Made by a program: the position numbers and the translations under genes. Of a stretch of DNA of 64,000 nucleotides, positions 46,347-59,100 are shown piece by piece. The notes under the pieces were generated by a model that made no database searches, was not told where the DNA came from, and worked only from the letters and a program-made list of their open reading frames with translations. Origin of the DNA: a virus; IMG/VR virus record IMGVR_UViG_3300025133_009393; one strand, given 5' to 3'. Position 1 is the stretch's first letter, and each line of letters starts with the position of its first letter.

Positions 46347-47907
46347 CTTTGTCTACTCTAAACCTAAACTTTTCGTCTTGTTCATGATATTGCCCGCTTA
46401 AATAATATAAGAATTTTATTTCATACATGTAATCAGGCTCTAATAAATTCATTTCTAAATCAAAATAATTTCCCGAAACATCACAGGAAAGTCTTGTGTT
46501 ATACATCTGATTAGAGCCGGTACCATAAGATATGGCTTCAAAATCATCTGCTACTCTCACTACTTTATAGAAGGCGTCTTCAATTGCCATGGAGGTGGCC
46601 TTTTTCGATGCTTTTGTATAAACATTTGGATTCCAATCTTTAACTCTGGTAAATAGCCTCAGCCTAGGAGTCTCTTTTTTGTCATAAGATGGCTTAAGGT
46701 TTCTAAGACTAGTTACAAAATTTTGCTCTGCATCATTATAACCAGAAGCTGCAAAATTTTTAACATTTATTGTTCCTGTGAAATATTGATTACTGCCGCT
46801 AAACCAAACATCATGTATAATCGACGCCGTTGTATCAACTGCAATACTAGCAGAATATATACCTGCTTTATATATTCCACCAGTAACCGGTGTTAATGGT
46901 GCTGTAGTTATTGGATCGCCTGTCGCTACTCCGTCTACGTCTGCATATAAATTAACATATATATCTTGCTTTGTCGGCTCGGCAGTATGACCCAAAGGAA
47001 TATTTTTAAGCTGTCCTCTGACATAATTATATAGATAAACTTTATTTAAATTATCATCGGTGGCAACCAACGAGCTGCTAGCATAAAAACTCGCTCTTCT
47101 ATCTTTTACAGAAGAATCCCACTGGGCTTCTAGGCAGGGTTTCTTAAAGAAGAATTGTGTTCCTCTACTAAAGAACTTCTTTGTGTAATATGATCTCCTA
47201 TTAGTACCATCAAACTGACTTTCGTTTTCATATGTACCAGACATTCTTATCATTACACCGTCGTATCTTTGATATATCGCGCCCGAAGGACAAGCTCGAA
47301 GCCAAGCCTCGACCCAATCTGTCACATCGACTTTCATATCTTCGTTGCCGCGTTCGAAATATGCGCTAGCTGTAATCGAGCGCTCAGCGTGGCCAGAACT
47401 AGCCGGCTCGGTGCGATTATAATCTGTTGTACCAAAGGCGCCCGGGGATCCCCAATACTGATCAGTGCGCGCGCGGTTCCAATTAGAAGAGCCAGAATCA
47501 GTGTATCCTTCCATATCTAAGCCATAGCCTTCAGTCCAGCCTTCATTCTGCAATGGGTCTATAGCTTCTGGCCAGGCCTGTGTGTTAATTGGTAAAATAT
47601 GTAAATAATACTTTTCTGGCAATGTTTGTGAATGCCTTGCATTGAACATTCTTAAATAAAATTTTACCGAACCACTAGCAGGAATATCCTCTGTCGTGAA
47701 TCTAGAAGAAGATATCTCGTTTATGGGAAAGCTAATCAATATTCTTGATGCTTCTAGAGAGGATGACGATGCTTGGCCATAGATAGAAAATACCTCTAGA
47801 ATATCAGATGCTCCCATGTTGGCTTCGCTACCTGAGTTTGTCAGGTCTGCCTTGAAAGCATTTGTTATAGTATTGTCTTTATCAGCATAGAATCTTTTAA
47901 TTGCCAT
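46336..47907 (-). CDS. Baseplate-associated virion protein
   Basis: KRFYADKDNTI, SRILI.F, KKFFSR..P.LEAQWD and GNYFDL.M..LEP..Y.IKF motifs; lies between gp6 and the giant protein. Confidence 0.65.
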   Translation of the reverse strand: MAIKRFYADKDNTITNAFKADLTNSGSEANMGASDILEVFSIYGQASSSSLEASRILISFPINEISSSRFTTEDIPASGSVKFYLRMFNARHSQTLPEKYYLHILPINTQAWPEAIDPLQNEGWTEGYGLDMEGYTDSGSSNWNRARTDQYWGSPGAFGTTDYNRTEPASSGHAERSITASAYFERGNEDMKVDVTDWVEAWLRACPSGAIYQRYDGVMIRMSGTYENESQFDGTNRRSYYTKKFFSRGTQFFFKKPCLEAQWDSSVKDRRASFYASSSLVATDDNLNKVYLYNYVRGQLKNIPLGHTAEPTKQDIYVNLYADVDGVATGDPITTAPLTPVTGGIYKAGIYSASIAVDTTASIIHDVWFSGSNQYFTGTINVKNFAASGYNDAEQNFVTSLRNLKPSYDKKETPRLRLFTRVKDWNPNVYTKASKKATSMAIEDAFYKVVRVADDFEAISYGTGSNQMYNTRLSCDVSGNYFDLEMNLLEPDYMYEIKFLYYLSGQYHEQDEKFRFRVDKDEY

Positions 47908-47908
47908 T

Positions 47909-49702
47909 TTATCTGACCGTCCCTCTTATATCTTTTAAAGGAAATTTCATTTCCATAATCGTATCTTCCGGAACATCAATAAATCTTCCATCTGCAGAAA
48001 TATGTTCATCAATATTGAGAACAATACTAGAGTATGGATTACCGGATAGATTCTTTATTTTTACCGAGACGACATCAACGACGCCCGGGGTGTCATTAAT
48101 TACATCATATAGCCTCGTAATCATTAAAGGCTCTCCCATATCGTACGGATTGGTGAGAAATTCCTGCATTCTAACTATAATTCTATTGAAAACATCGTAT
48201 TTATTTGATCCCAAGTCTGATACAGCTACAAAGTCAATGCCAAAATTTGCAATTCTGCCATTAAGAATATCAATAGTATCATTAATCATTTTATACTGAC
48301 TTATCCAAGTTTTTAAATTATTTTTAATAGTGGCATTTGTATTCACCAATTGATTATCCGAATCTTCGGACAGCACATATAAATTTAAGTTTCTCTTAAA
48401 AGAGTCGTTATCATGAGTCATATTACACCTCTTAATCTTGCCAAATTTAGATGGCATAGCGTAAATCAAGCTCATATAATCGTTTTTTGTGACGGCTCTG
48501 TTTTGGGTTGGAAAAAATCCCAAAGCACGTCTTTTTAACTCTTCGCCATCTGGTGTGGCAACATCACCAATAATCGGCTCTTCATTGATGACTTCTAGAG
48601 AAGCTCTAACCAGAGCTTTCTTGATATTGGATGATGCATCTTGTGAAAATCTATACGTAGCTTCCACCGGTGCAGTGACCGTGCCAGCAGAAGCGTTGAT
48701 TACTGTAGAGGAGTTTCTACGAACCACAACCGTTAAACTAGTATTGGTTGGAGCAACGCCAAACTTATCAGTCTTTAAGAGTTTTGAAGGATCTAGATAA
48801 CTCAAAGTCTCATATGGCCTTCCGTGCCTTTCTAAAACTAAATTGCTTGGATGAACAATTGGATCAAGCCTCATTTCGGTATCTGATCCATAACCAAACC
48901 GCAGAAAGACATTGTTCTCATCATCTCTCTCGACAACATATCTCCTAGGAACACTCTGAGCCTTCAATATGTTGGGTGCCATTTTTTTGGTATTACCAGT
49001 ATTTGGAATCGATCGATAAATTATGTTTTGTGATAGATGATCAACTTCGTAATAAAGATGCCCCTCTGAGTCATATACAGTGGCTACCTCTGTTATGTTA
49101 TCGATGGGTACCTCAAGCCTCAAAAACTTCTCATACTCTCCAACTTCTAGAATAATTTCTTCAAGTTCGCCCGACATTACCTGTCCGTAGGTTTTTATGG
49201 CCCATCTGCTGACTGATCCGTTTGAAGCTTCGCCGGCCACAACTTCGTTGTCTGGGTGTGAAAAATCTACATCGTTCAACAAAACATACGTTGCTCCGCT
49301 ATCTGCCGAGAATCTAGAGCCTCGACGAAGAACCGGAGCATAAGTAGCATCTGGGCCTAGGCCGTCTGCAGTCGACGGTACCAAAAGATAAAGAGCCAAG
49401 CTGCCAAAAGAGGCTGCGGGGCCGGGACGTTTATAGCCTAGCTGTTCTGCATGCTTTGCAATATTCTCATATTCAGAAGCAGTAGACATGAAAGATTCAT
49501 TTACATTATAATCTACGTAAAACGATAACATGTCGCCGATGTAGGCAACTGTATCTAACATTAAAGAAGCAAATCCAGCATCAGAGAAATCCTGTACTGT
49601 ATCGGGATAATATATCCTAGCATACTCCTCCAGATCTTTCCTGATAGAAGCAAAATCTCTATTGGTGTACTTAATTGGAACTATTTCTTTGTTTTTTGCC
49701 AT
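47909..49702 (-). CDS. Baseplate wedge subunit (T4 gp6-like)
   Basis: YTNRDFASIR.DL, LD..AYIGD.LSFY.D...NESF, A.QLGYK, LRFG.G and QNRAVT..DY motifs. Confidence 0.93.
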   Translation of the reverse strand: MAKNKEIVPIKYTNRDFASIRKDLEEYARIYYPDTVQDFSDAGFASLMLDTVAYIGDMLSFYVDYNVNESFMSTASEYENIAKHAEQLGYKRPGPAASFGSLALYLLVPSTADGLGPDATYAPVLRRGSRFSADSGATYVLLNDVDFSHPDNEVVAGEASNGSVSRWAIKTYGQVMSGELEEIILEVGEYEKFLRLEVPIDNITEVATVYDSEGHLYYEVDHLSQNIIYRSIPNTGNTKKMAPNILKAQSVPRRYVVERDDENNVFLRFGYGSDTEMRLDPIVHPSNLVLERHGRPYETLSYLDPSKLLKTDKFGVAPTNTSLTVVVRRNSSTVINASAGTVTAPVEATYRFSQDASSNIKKALVRASLEVINEEPIIGDVATPDGEELKRRALGFFPTQNRAVTKNDYMSLIYAMPSKFGKIKRCNMTHDNDSFKRNLNLYVLSEDSDNQLVNTNATIKNNLKTWISQYKMINDTIDILNGRIANFGIDFVAVSDLGSNKYDVFNRIIVRMQEFLTNPYDMGEPLMITRLYDVINDTPGVVDVVSVKIKNLSGNPYSSIVLNIDEHISADGRFIDVPEDTIMEMKFPLKDIRGTVR

Positions 49703-49721
49703 CTTATTTCCTCATATAAAT

Positions 49722-49728
49722 TAAGTAG
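49722..49728 (-). promoter_or_regulatory. Putative late-promoter motif CTACTTA
   Basis: Lies 20 nt upstream of the gp6 start. Confidence 0.5.
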
Positions 49729-49730
49729 TT

Positions 49731-50120
49731 CTATTGTGCAATATTCAAATCTATTAAATCACTAGTTCCCAGAGGTGTTATTTCATAAATTATTCTAACT
49801 TGTAATACTTCTTCTGCATACAACTCTTCTATATCCGGAGGGTATTTCACATCGAGTAATTTAATATAAGGCATATAGATTTTTACTTGATTTTGAATTT
49901 TTGCCCTTAAAGCAGATTTGCCTTCCTCTCTCTGTTCAAACAAAAAACGATATATACCCACACCAAAATTTATATCCATCATTCTCTCGCCCGGGCTGGT
50001 GAGGATGAGATTTTTGAAATTTTGCTTAATTGCCTCTTTAAACGTTTTCAGCATTGCATATTGACCATCGGTAGGATTCATTGTTAAGGGTAGGTGTGGT
50101 GTTATTCCATAAACGGGCAT
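49731..50120 (-). CDS. Baseplate wedge/sheath initiator (gp25/GPW-like)
   Basis: IKQNFKNLILTSPGERMMDINFGVGI..FLFE motif. Confidence 0.93.
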   Translation of the reverse strand: MPVYGITPHLPLTMNPTDGQYAMLKTFKEAIKQNFKNLILTSPGERMMDINFGVGIYRFLFEQREEGKSALRAKIQNQVKIYMPYIKLLDVKYPPDIEELYAEEVLQVRIIYEITPLGTSDLIDLNIAQ

Positions 50121-50144
50121 ATATTTCTCCTTAGTATTTTAATT

Positions 50145-53100
50145 TTATGAAGTCGGAACATGCGCACAAGGATCAACACCTTCAAGCAACTCTTGTGCCA
50201 ATTCCTCTTTTTCTTGATCGAAGGCGTCAAAAAGACCTTCTGTAATAAGTAGCAAGCAATAAATAAATCCGAACAATGTCATGGGTGGCCCAACTCCCCA
50301 GCCAAAAGGCGGCGGCGGAAATAAAAATCCATATGGCAAGTTTACTGGGAATTGAGCAAATGAAATTGCCGGGACCATGAATGGAGAAATAGCCTCAACG
50401 ACTTTTTTAACTTCGTCGATAGCTTCTCTCATTTCCACTTCAGCCTCTTCAAGAGCATCTTCTGCGGATTGGATGCCATCTTTTATTCCTTGAACAGTAG
50501 CTTTTATTTTTTCGTATTCTGCTTTTAGCTCTGCTACTTCTTGTTGTTTTTGCTCTAGCTCAAATTGAACAGATGGATCCGGAGGCTGCTGTTTGTTAGC
50601 TTCTTTCTGGAGTTTGTCTATAGAAAGTTCTGTAGTATCAATAGCTATCTCCATCATTCCTGGCTTATCATCTGTTCCAACCGCCGATTCAGCTTTCTCT
50701 AATTGAGTTTTGAGTTCGGACAGGACCAAGCCTACGCTGGCTATAATTCCACTTCTTACCTCTTCGGCGATCATGATCGAAGTATTAACAATTGTCATAA
50801 TTAAATCGTTAATGGTTATGGCGGTACTAACACAAGGATCTGTTAATGTTACAACTCCCTTGAGAATTAATCTAGGCGTCGTATATAACATCTTCAGCGC
50901 TATATCTCCCCATGGCGTGTTGTGTGAGCTAGTCGATTGTGCGTCAGTGCCGATCTGGTAATTAGCTATACTACCATATGGTCGCATCGAATAAGGTAAT
51001 TCAAATTCTCCTTCCTCTATCAAGCCCATAACAAAATCTAGAATTATCTCGCGAGTTGCCTTAAAGCGATTCTCCATTCTAAGATCTTGGTTACTTAAGC
51101 CGGCGTGCAGACACATGAATGACAACAATCTATCATATGGAAATATATGATTAAACAATAAATTATATTCAGGAGTTTTTCTTAGTTGATTCATCAATTC
51201 AGGAACTGCCTTTGCATATGAAGCCGCTAAGGTACCCCTGCCTCCAACATCAGGCGGCCTAAACGCACCAAACTCCAAGGGGGCGCCGGTACAATATATC
51301 TCTTCTACATCTATAAGCGCGTCGGCAAAAGGAATTGGATGAACTCGCAGGCTCCGATGTTCTAGGCCGTCTTCAGTGCCACCGGACGTCTCATAATATT
51401 CGATCCTATCTCTGTATTCATTTAAATCAAAAGCTTTCTGCTTCGCCATCATTAATTCAAAAGAATTCATAATACCCTTGGTGCCGACGGATCCGGCGTC
51501 TTGTGCTTTTTTAGCATCGCTATAAAGCATATCCATGGCATCAGACAAGCCTTTTGTTATTTCAGCTCTATAGTCTTCATGTTCTTTAGTCTCTCCTTGG
51601 TGACGGCCGCCGCCATATTTGTCAGCTGGAGGGACATACATCAATCTTAAACCATATTTCATACAAATAAAATACTGTTTAAAATACTGCAAAGTTGTTG
51701 CATTTACATGTCCAGTTTTCGGAACTGTTATCGAATCATATTCGCCACTCCAAAAAGAATATTTATAGCCAGGCCGGTAGTTGCCGCCGGCGTGAAAGTC
51801 GTCGGGACCGGTCGAGTGGCTGTTAAGCGGACTACCGGCGTTCTGTTTTTCCCACTCTGATACCTCTTCAAAATATGCGCCGGCCTCAGTGGTGGAAGGT
51901 ATCATGCCTCCGTAGTTATAGGAGCCGCGGCCCCCTTGGCCGTATTCTAGACTAATCCTAGGATACGCCATACCCTGTTCTAAAATTTCGCTAAAGTGAG
52001 TCTCCGCGTTGTGCCAGCCATGTTCATCTGCGAGCTGGCCAAATGCTGAATCAATCATAATTAAGTTTGCATTTTCAAGTACATGTGACCAGCCGAAGAC
52101 GCGTCTATCACTAGTCGTATGAAGTTTAACATATTTATCGGTGTTGGCCACGGTGGGGCCGCCGGCGACCATCACGAGGGGATCGGACTCCAGCCCCACC
52201 GGGTTGTTGCCGCCCGTCCAAGTTTCTTTAGCACCTTCGGCTGTCATGACATATCCCGGGGGGTACTTTGGATTATAAACAAGGCGATCATATTGGGGGT
52301 TGAAATCATAATATTCATCAGACATATTATAAAGCTGTCCGGCGTCCATCGGGGTCTCGCCGACGGTCATATGGACATCGATGTGTGCGCGCGCTTTCGC
52401 TTCGACGCCGGTCAAGCCGAGGTGGAGCGTTGTATTCATCGCTGACAGTCTGATAAATTTATTTTTCAGGTCTACAAGCCTGCTATATGCTGCATGCTCG
52501 GCGTTCTTCACCGCGGCTTCTAGTTTAATTTGATTTTCTTTAAATTGTGGATCATCTTCTTCCATATATAGATCAACAGCGCTAGACTCAAGGAAACTGA
52601 GCTTGTATGCTTTTCGATATCTTAAATATTGTTTATGGACAGCCTCTAAAGTGATTATTCCGGTATAATTGGGGTTAGACACTGGGAAGAATCCATAGTC
52701 TGTCGTCTGTACGTCCATGGTACCATCTTCGTTCATATGAAGATCCAATGGCTCTCCATCTTCGTGAAGAAACTCATATCCAATGTTCGGAGAAGCTTTA
52801 TCCTTTACATAGGACTCATATACATCGTGAACGAGGCGTGGGAGACCGTCGATGGTATGACCAGCGTTATGGTTAGGAGAGGCAAACGGGAAGGCCGGGC
52901 CGAGCTTACGGAAGCCTACTAGATTTTTAAGGCCGGCAGAGGTTTGAGTTTCAAGAGTTGCGTAATCCAGCATTGTTCCGGCGGGGGGCACATCGGGGGC
53001 GGGCACATCGACGGTAAGTACTTTCCAAGGTGTACTCTTTGACTTGGTGATCTTGTTCACTGCCACATCGCGCGATGCGCTAATATCATCTTTGTATCTG

Positions 53101-56100
53101 AAAATACCCTGACAGGGTCGCATACAATCAAAAGAATATATTATGTCAAACAAATCATCGACTTTTTGAAGCATCTCTTGATACTTATCTGCATCCTTCG
53201 CTGCATGTGCGCCGACCTCGGGCACATGTCCATGAGCAATATTCCAACCAAATGGACGCCTGTGTCCCAAAGGTGTTTCCATAACAACATCATACAGGTA
53301 GTCAAAAGGACCGGCGATTTTCTCGAAAACTTCACCCCAGAAGTCTATGCTGCTAACTCCCGCTTCATCGAGTTTTTCATATGGTCTGTCTTTGTCCTCG
53401 AAAACCTGAATAAAAGGATCTAAAGTTGCAAGATCCGGGACATCGATAGCCATAGGATTGCCGAGTGTATCGGTCGGCTGGGGCATTGGATATGTCTTGT
53501 TAAACGCCGTATTGTAGATCTTGCTATGCTGGCCTGGAGTTTGGGGGTCGCCGGCGGCATTTCTGTGTTGCACCCACAGATAAGGCTGCAAGATAAAGCC
53601 TCCGTCTCTTAAAAGTTTCTCTTGGTTGCTTACACTCATCTTAAAAAGATTGGACGGATAAGCATTGGCAGAATGATTAGCTACCAGGGCCCCGCCATTT
53701 TTTGTTTTCTGGGCAGCTCCCTTATTCCAGTCATTTGTATACTCAACTAAATTATTGTCCGGACTTTTTGAATTAATATATAGTCCATAATCCGGATGCT
53801 CGGTGGGGCCCGCAATGCCGAACTGATGGGCGGCAGGCCGGCCGACTGCATAAAGTTGATTCGTGTTAAGCCCAGAAGCGAAAGGAGCAATAATGAGGTT
53901 ATCGACAAAATCATGATAATTTTTAATTCTCAAATGTGAATGACCTAGATCATCCAAGAGCCTGTTCATTGTCGCTACCATAACAGAGTATTGTCTTTCA
54001 AATATTCTTTCAATGGCTTTGTGTGCGGGCCATCTTTTGTGATCTTCCTCTAACTCGTGTTTGTGGTTGTAATTTTTGCCATCATCGAGGCCTACAGTAT
54101 AAATCGGCTTGTGAAGAACATAGTTCTTAATTCTATGTTTGTGAGGGCGCCCGAACCCTTGTGGGTCGGCGCCTGGAGATACAATCTCCACCGCCCATCC
54201 ATCACCATTTTTATCAATTTCATATGTATGTTTATGATAACTTTTATTGGGATGTTGAGTTATGCCTCTTCCGTCAGCCAATTCGTCCAGCAAGATTGAA
54301 CTACATCGAGCGCCGATAAGTTCATAATATTCTGGAGATTCAGACTTTAGCTGATTCATCACTCTATTGATGGCCAAAGATCTAAAATATTGTTTATGCA
54401 TGGCGGGGCGCACATCAAAAGTTGTTGCAACTGGTAAATATTCAAATAAAATTTGCATTGCAGACAATCGAAGTCTCATTTGAAGGAGACCATCGAGGGA
54501 AGCTTCTTCGATGGGCTCTAGGCCGAGGGCCTGATCTTTGCTGCCCTCGACGGCCTCTAGATACATTGCATCTTGCTGCATTATTTTTTTATCTTCTTCT
54601 GATATAAGCAATGGCTGTCGGCATAATACCTCTCTTAACCGATTATCTATCTGCTCTCTTAGCGGCTCTAGACCCAACAATCTTTCAGCGACAGTGCCAT
54701 CGTTAAACTCGCATATATCCGAATATGAAGTTAAAAATAATTTTCTAATAAACTTATCAATAAATTTGACACTAAAGAACGGAGATACTAAAGTTCTTTC
54801 CCGCATCTTGTGTACAATACGCTCTGTTTCAAAAGGGTGTATGTGGTTCGCGAAAACAGCCGATATCTTTTCCTCGGACTGCTGGGTCAGACTAAAATCT
54901 TTAACAGCAAAATTTGGATCCGCATCAGAACTGGGATTTGATTTCCAAGGTAACCTTCTGGTAAATTGAGCAACGGTCAGTTTACCGAACAGGTCAGCAA
55001 CTGATCTTGGCTGTTTGGTAATGTCTATCCCGGATGCTTCCATCGCATTAAGAGAGGCCTGTGACCAATCTTTTGTTTCAAGTTCATCAATCAATTTTAA
55101 GCCAGAATTATCAACATTTATACGAAATGCATCAGAAGACTTGCCTGATGCATCTATATCCGATTCTATTACTTCGTATGAAACTTCCAGGCTAGATTGA
55201 TTAACCCTATCCATCAGCTTTGATGTAGCTTTGGATGTAATACCGCTTACTTCCTCGTATGTTTCATCAGGCCGGCCGGTTAGCGCTAAACTAAATGCCT
55301 GTCTCATTGCCTTTTCGGCGCCCGGGTCGTAGTCTCGGATCATCTCAAAAAATTCAGGCTTCATGGTTGTCGGATCTTTGTGTGAAGGATCGGTGCCATA
55401 AGAGCCGGCTGTGGACGTCGGACCATTAACTGCAGTAAGCAGCTGAGATTGTGCTTCGCTTCTCGGAACAGTCAAAATATGCTTAACAGTACTATCTTTG
55501 TCGTCATATATCCACTCTCCCTTTACCCAATGCGCCGGCTGTTTATAGTGGCCAGGCACCCATACAAGCTTAGACTGCGATGAGGTAGCAACCTCTTTGG
55601 CCTCGATCGCCAGCTCGGACCGGGTCATTGCGTCGGCTTCGGCTTCATCATCCTTTGAAAGCTCTCCATAGGACCAATAGCCGCCAATCCATACCTCTTC
55701 TTCTCCAGTAATCGGTACATGGTGGCCAGGAACATATCTTACATCCGGCGCAGACTCTCTTTTCAAAGCGCTGCGATCTGATAAAGAATCGTAAAGTCGT
55801 TGGAAGGGCTTGAGTGGTGGCTCTGCTTTCATAAGAGCTGCCGGGTCTTGTTGTGGTAGTTCAAAAGTAAGGCCGCGATCTCGCAATTCTTGAAGCGGAA
55901 TAAGAGTTGTACAAGAACGATGGGGCAGCCCGGGCTCCAAGTCATGACCCCGGGCATGATATCGACACCAGTTTTTGTATCCGTCATCATCTGTGTTCCC
56001 GCCTTCGCCAAAGTCAATTGGACTAGTTGGATACCCCCGGGGCAGTGGGGAGCCTGCGATCTGGTAGGTGCCTTGCTCATCCATAAGTCTTTTTAGAGTC

Positions 56101-59100
56101 TGCTTGTCCGCGAGACTAACCAAGCCAGACCCATTTTTTTCATTGAAGCCACCCGGGTGGCGACCAGTTTTGTCATAGCAAAAAGCCATTACGTAATCTT
56201 CATACGCAAAGTCGACTATAGTTTTGCCACTTTTTTCATAATGTACATTCTTTTCTTCATAATCAGTTTCGTATTGAAACGTAAGCGGCCTCTTTAAAAT
56301 AACAGCATAATAGCGTTTACGTCCGGACGGCCAATTGTCCATCCATTGCTGCCACCAATCATCTTCGCGTATTAACACTGCAGGAGTATGATTGAAAACA
56401 TATTTACCATCAATATATAAAAACTCCGGAGCGTCGTTGGGCTTGCCGCGCTGGGCGCCTTCGATGTGACGGTCGTCGGTGATCTTCCAGCCACGACCCT
56501 TATCGGCAAAAACAAACGATTTTGATTCTTTCTGGCGTGTGATCATTGGGCCACGACCGGGGGCTACTGCTCCTAGCTGGTCCAAGCCAGGATCAGTAGT
56601 AAATTTTGGAGCAGGATACTTTTTATAATCAGGGGCGCTAGCGACCCATTCATCCATAGAGCCCAAAACAGCAGCCATATCAGCCATCACCGCTGCTTCT
56701 CTTGCGGGGTCCGGACTAATAATTGCCTTAATAGAGGATGCTTCTTTTCGAAAAATGTTTTTAATTATGCCAAAGATGGTATCCAAAACCATTTTGTTGG
56801 CCCGAGCGATGGACGGGGCGACGCCGCCAGGAATTAAATCTTCACAACGAAGAGTGGGAAGTTTATTTCTCAACAACTCAGAGGGATCTTGTCTCAGTAG
56901 GCTCATTAAATCTTTTATTTTTTCCAAATTACCATCAAGCTCATTTTTAAGTTGAGATTCGATTTCTTCATCCGAAAATCCATGAGATAAAAGGGCGGCG
57001 CGTTTGCCGGCAAGAGAATCAAAATCTTCACACAAATCTTCAATGTAAGGAACATATTCTTGATACTCCTCACACACGTCTAAATCAATGTAGCTACCAA
57101 CATGTGTAAAGAACATACGGATATCCGGCAAAGTACTGAGTGCTGGTAAATATTCTTGATAGTCTCTTTCTATTAAAGATCTTATTAACATCAGTATACT
57201 TTGTGGGCTCACACCATTAAAGAGGTTGCATAATTCTCGTCCGGTTAACATTCTCGCCACGTTTTTCATAAATCTAGCGGAATTGTCTGTTGGGAGATCA
57301 TATGCTTCGTAAGCTTCCCTTAAGGCTGGGCCAGCTGCTTCACTAACAAATGCCGGGAATCGATTTTCGAGTACTCCATATTCACCGGAACCAACACTTG
57401 GGCCCGGGCCTGGCTCTGTAAGACATGCATTCATCAGCTCGGACATTGCACCTTCGACGAGGCCGGAAACGATACCGGCAGTTATCTCCCAAAGCATATC
57501 TTCGTAAATTTCTACTAAGTCTCCATTAGAGCTTGTTATCTTCTTATATTTTGGAAACGTAAATTTTGGTATTGTCGGGAGATCCGGAACAAAATCCATA
57601 AGGAATTGCCAATCAAACGAACCTTCCGGAGTTGTGAGATCCTCAAATACAGCTGTGGGGTCTTCTAAGAAATCTCCCGGGAGGTCCAACATTGTCTGAG
57701 TAATATCTGTACAGATCTGCTTAAAGTCAAAAAATTGTTTTAACTCTTGTATAAAAGCATCTACATCTTCGGCAACGACGGCTGTGTCTGCCATAAACTC
57801 CGCAACGTTTCCGGAATCATCACCAGGGACGCCGCTTTGAGCAGCTGTGTATTCTGCCGGAGACATGCCAGTGCCAGCTTCGACGGCTTCCCCTATAACA
57901 ACGCCAAAAGGATCTGCTACATAATCAGATTCTACTTGAGACTGCATTTCGGATTGGGCGCCGGCGGCGGAAGAAGCAATTGCTTCTACATCATGTAAGC
58001 CTTGTTGAATAACACTATTGCTGTTGGTGCTTTCTCCTGTGAATATTTCCTCCGGAGTTCCGCCGAAAGCCGAAGTGGTTAAGCCATCGATAGTTCCCAT
58101 CGTTACTGCTCCAGAAGCACTTAAAACCAAACGCATTTCGTCGACACCAATAGCTTTAAGCAGCTCTCTAAATAAATATTCGCATAATGCTTCGCCAGTA
58201 AGTGGAATTCCAGCTAAATGTGATAGACACTTTAATATCTGAGCCCAAACATGTTTCATATCAACTTGATTGAAAAGTTTCATATAGATATCTTCAAATG
58301 TTTTCCACTCTTCAGATTCTAGCCAAGATGGTTCATATATAGGATCGCTGTCTGAATCTCTCTCTTTCGATGCAGCGAGATAGGCCTGTGTACGACTTTT
58401 TCTAATAGCAACGGTTTTTTCTAGTTCTTGTTGTTCATGATATTCTTTTTCTGTCAAGATTGATTTTTGATATAGCTCATCCAATCTTTCTTTATCTTTT
58501 TTCTCTTTTCCTTGTACAGCTTCGTAGTCAGAGGCCGTCATCCCAGAGCCGTTAGGATAGATTTTAACAGCAGGATATATTACGCCGTTGACGAACTCTA
58601 TCCATTCATCTGTATTTCCTTTTTTCTTGGTATCGTACGCGTATATTTCTTTATACAGAGAAACTAAATGTAATGTTCTGGGTGAGATTTTATTTCTTAA
58701 ACATTCCAATCCAACATGGCATATAGACAATGCAGTGGTTTTTGCACCAAAAGACACCTGAGATATTAACATATTATCCTGGGCACATTGAAATTCCATA
58801 TATGCTCTCGGAGTTTTTATACCCTCTGGAAAGCCTTCCGGCTCGTATCCCTGGCCTGGATATTTCAAAAACTCATCAACTATGTCATTCAAACTTTCAA
58901 GCTGTCGGGCCTCATGAGCCAGGTCAAGATGATGTATTACTCCGCCTCTTCTTTCAAAATCTTTAACTTTTTTATCATATCTTCTCAATATGCTGGCGAT
59001 TTTTTTCATTGTTGTGGAAAAAGAAGAAGCCCCCAAGTCAAAGAACGTATTAAAACAGCCTCCATGCTCGGCACAATATTGTTTATGATCATGAAGCTTT

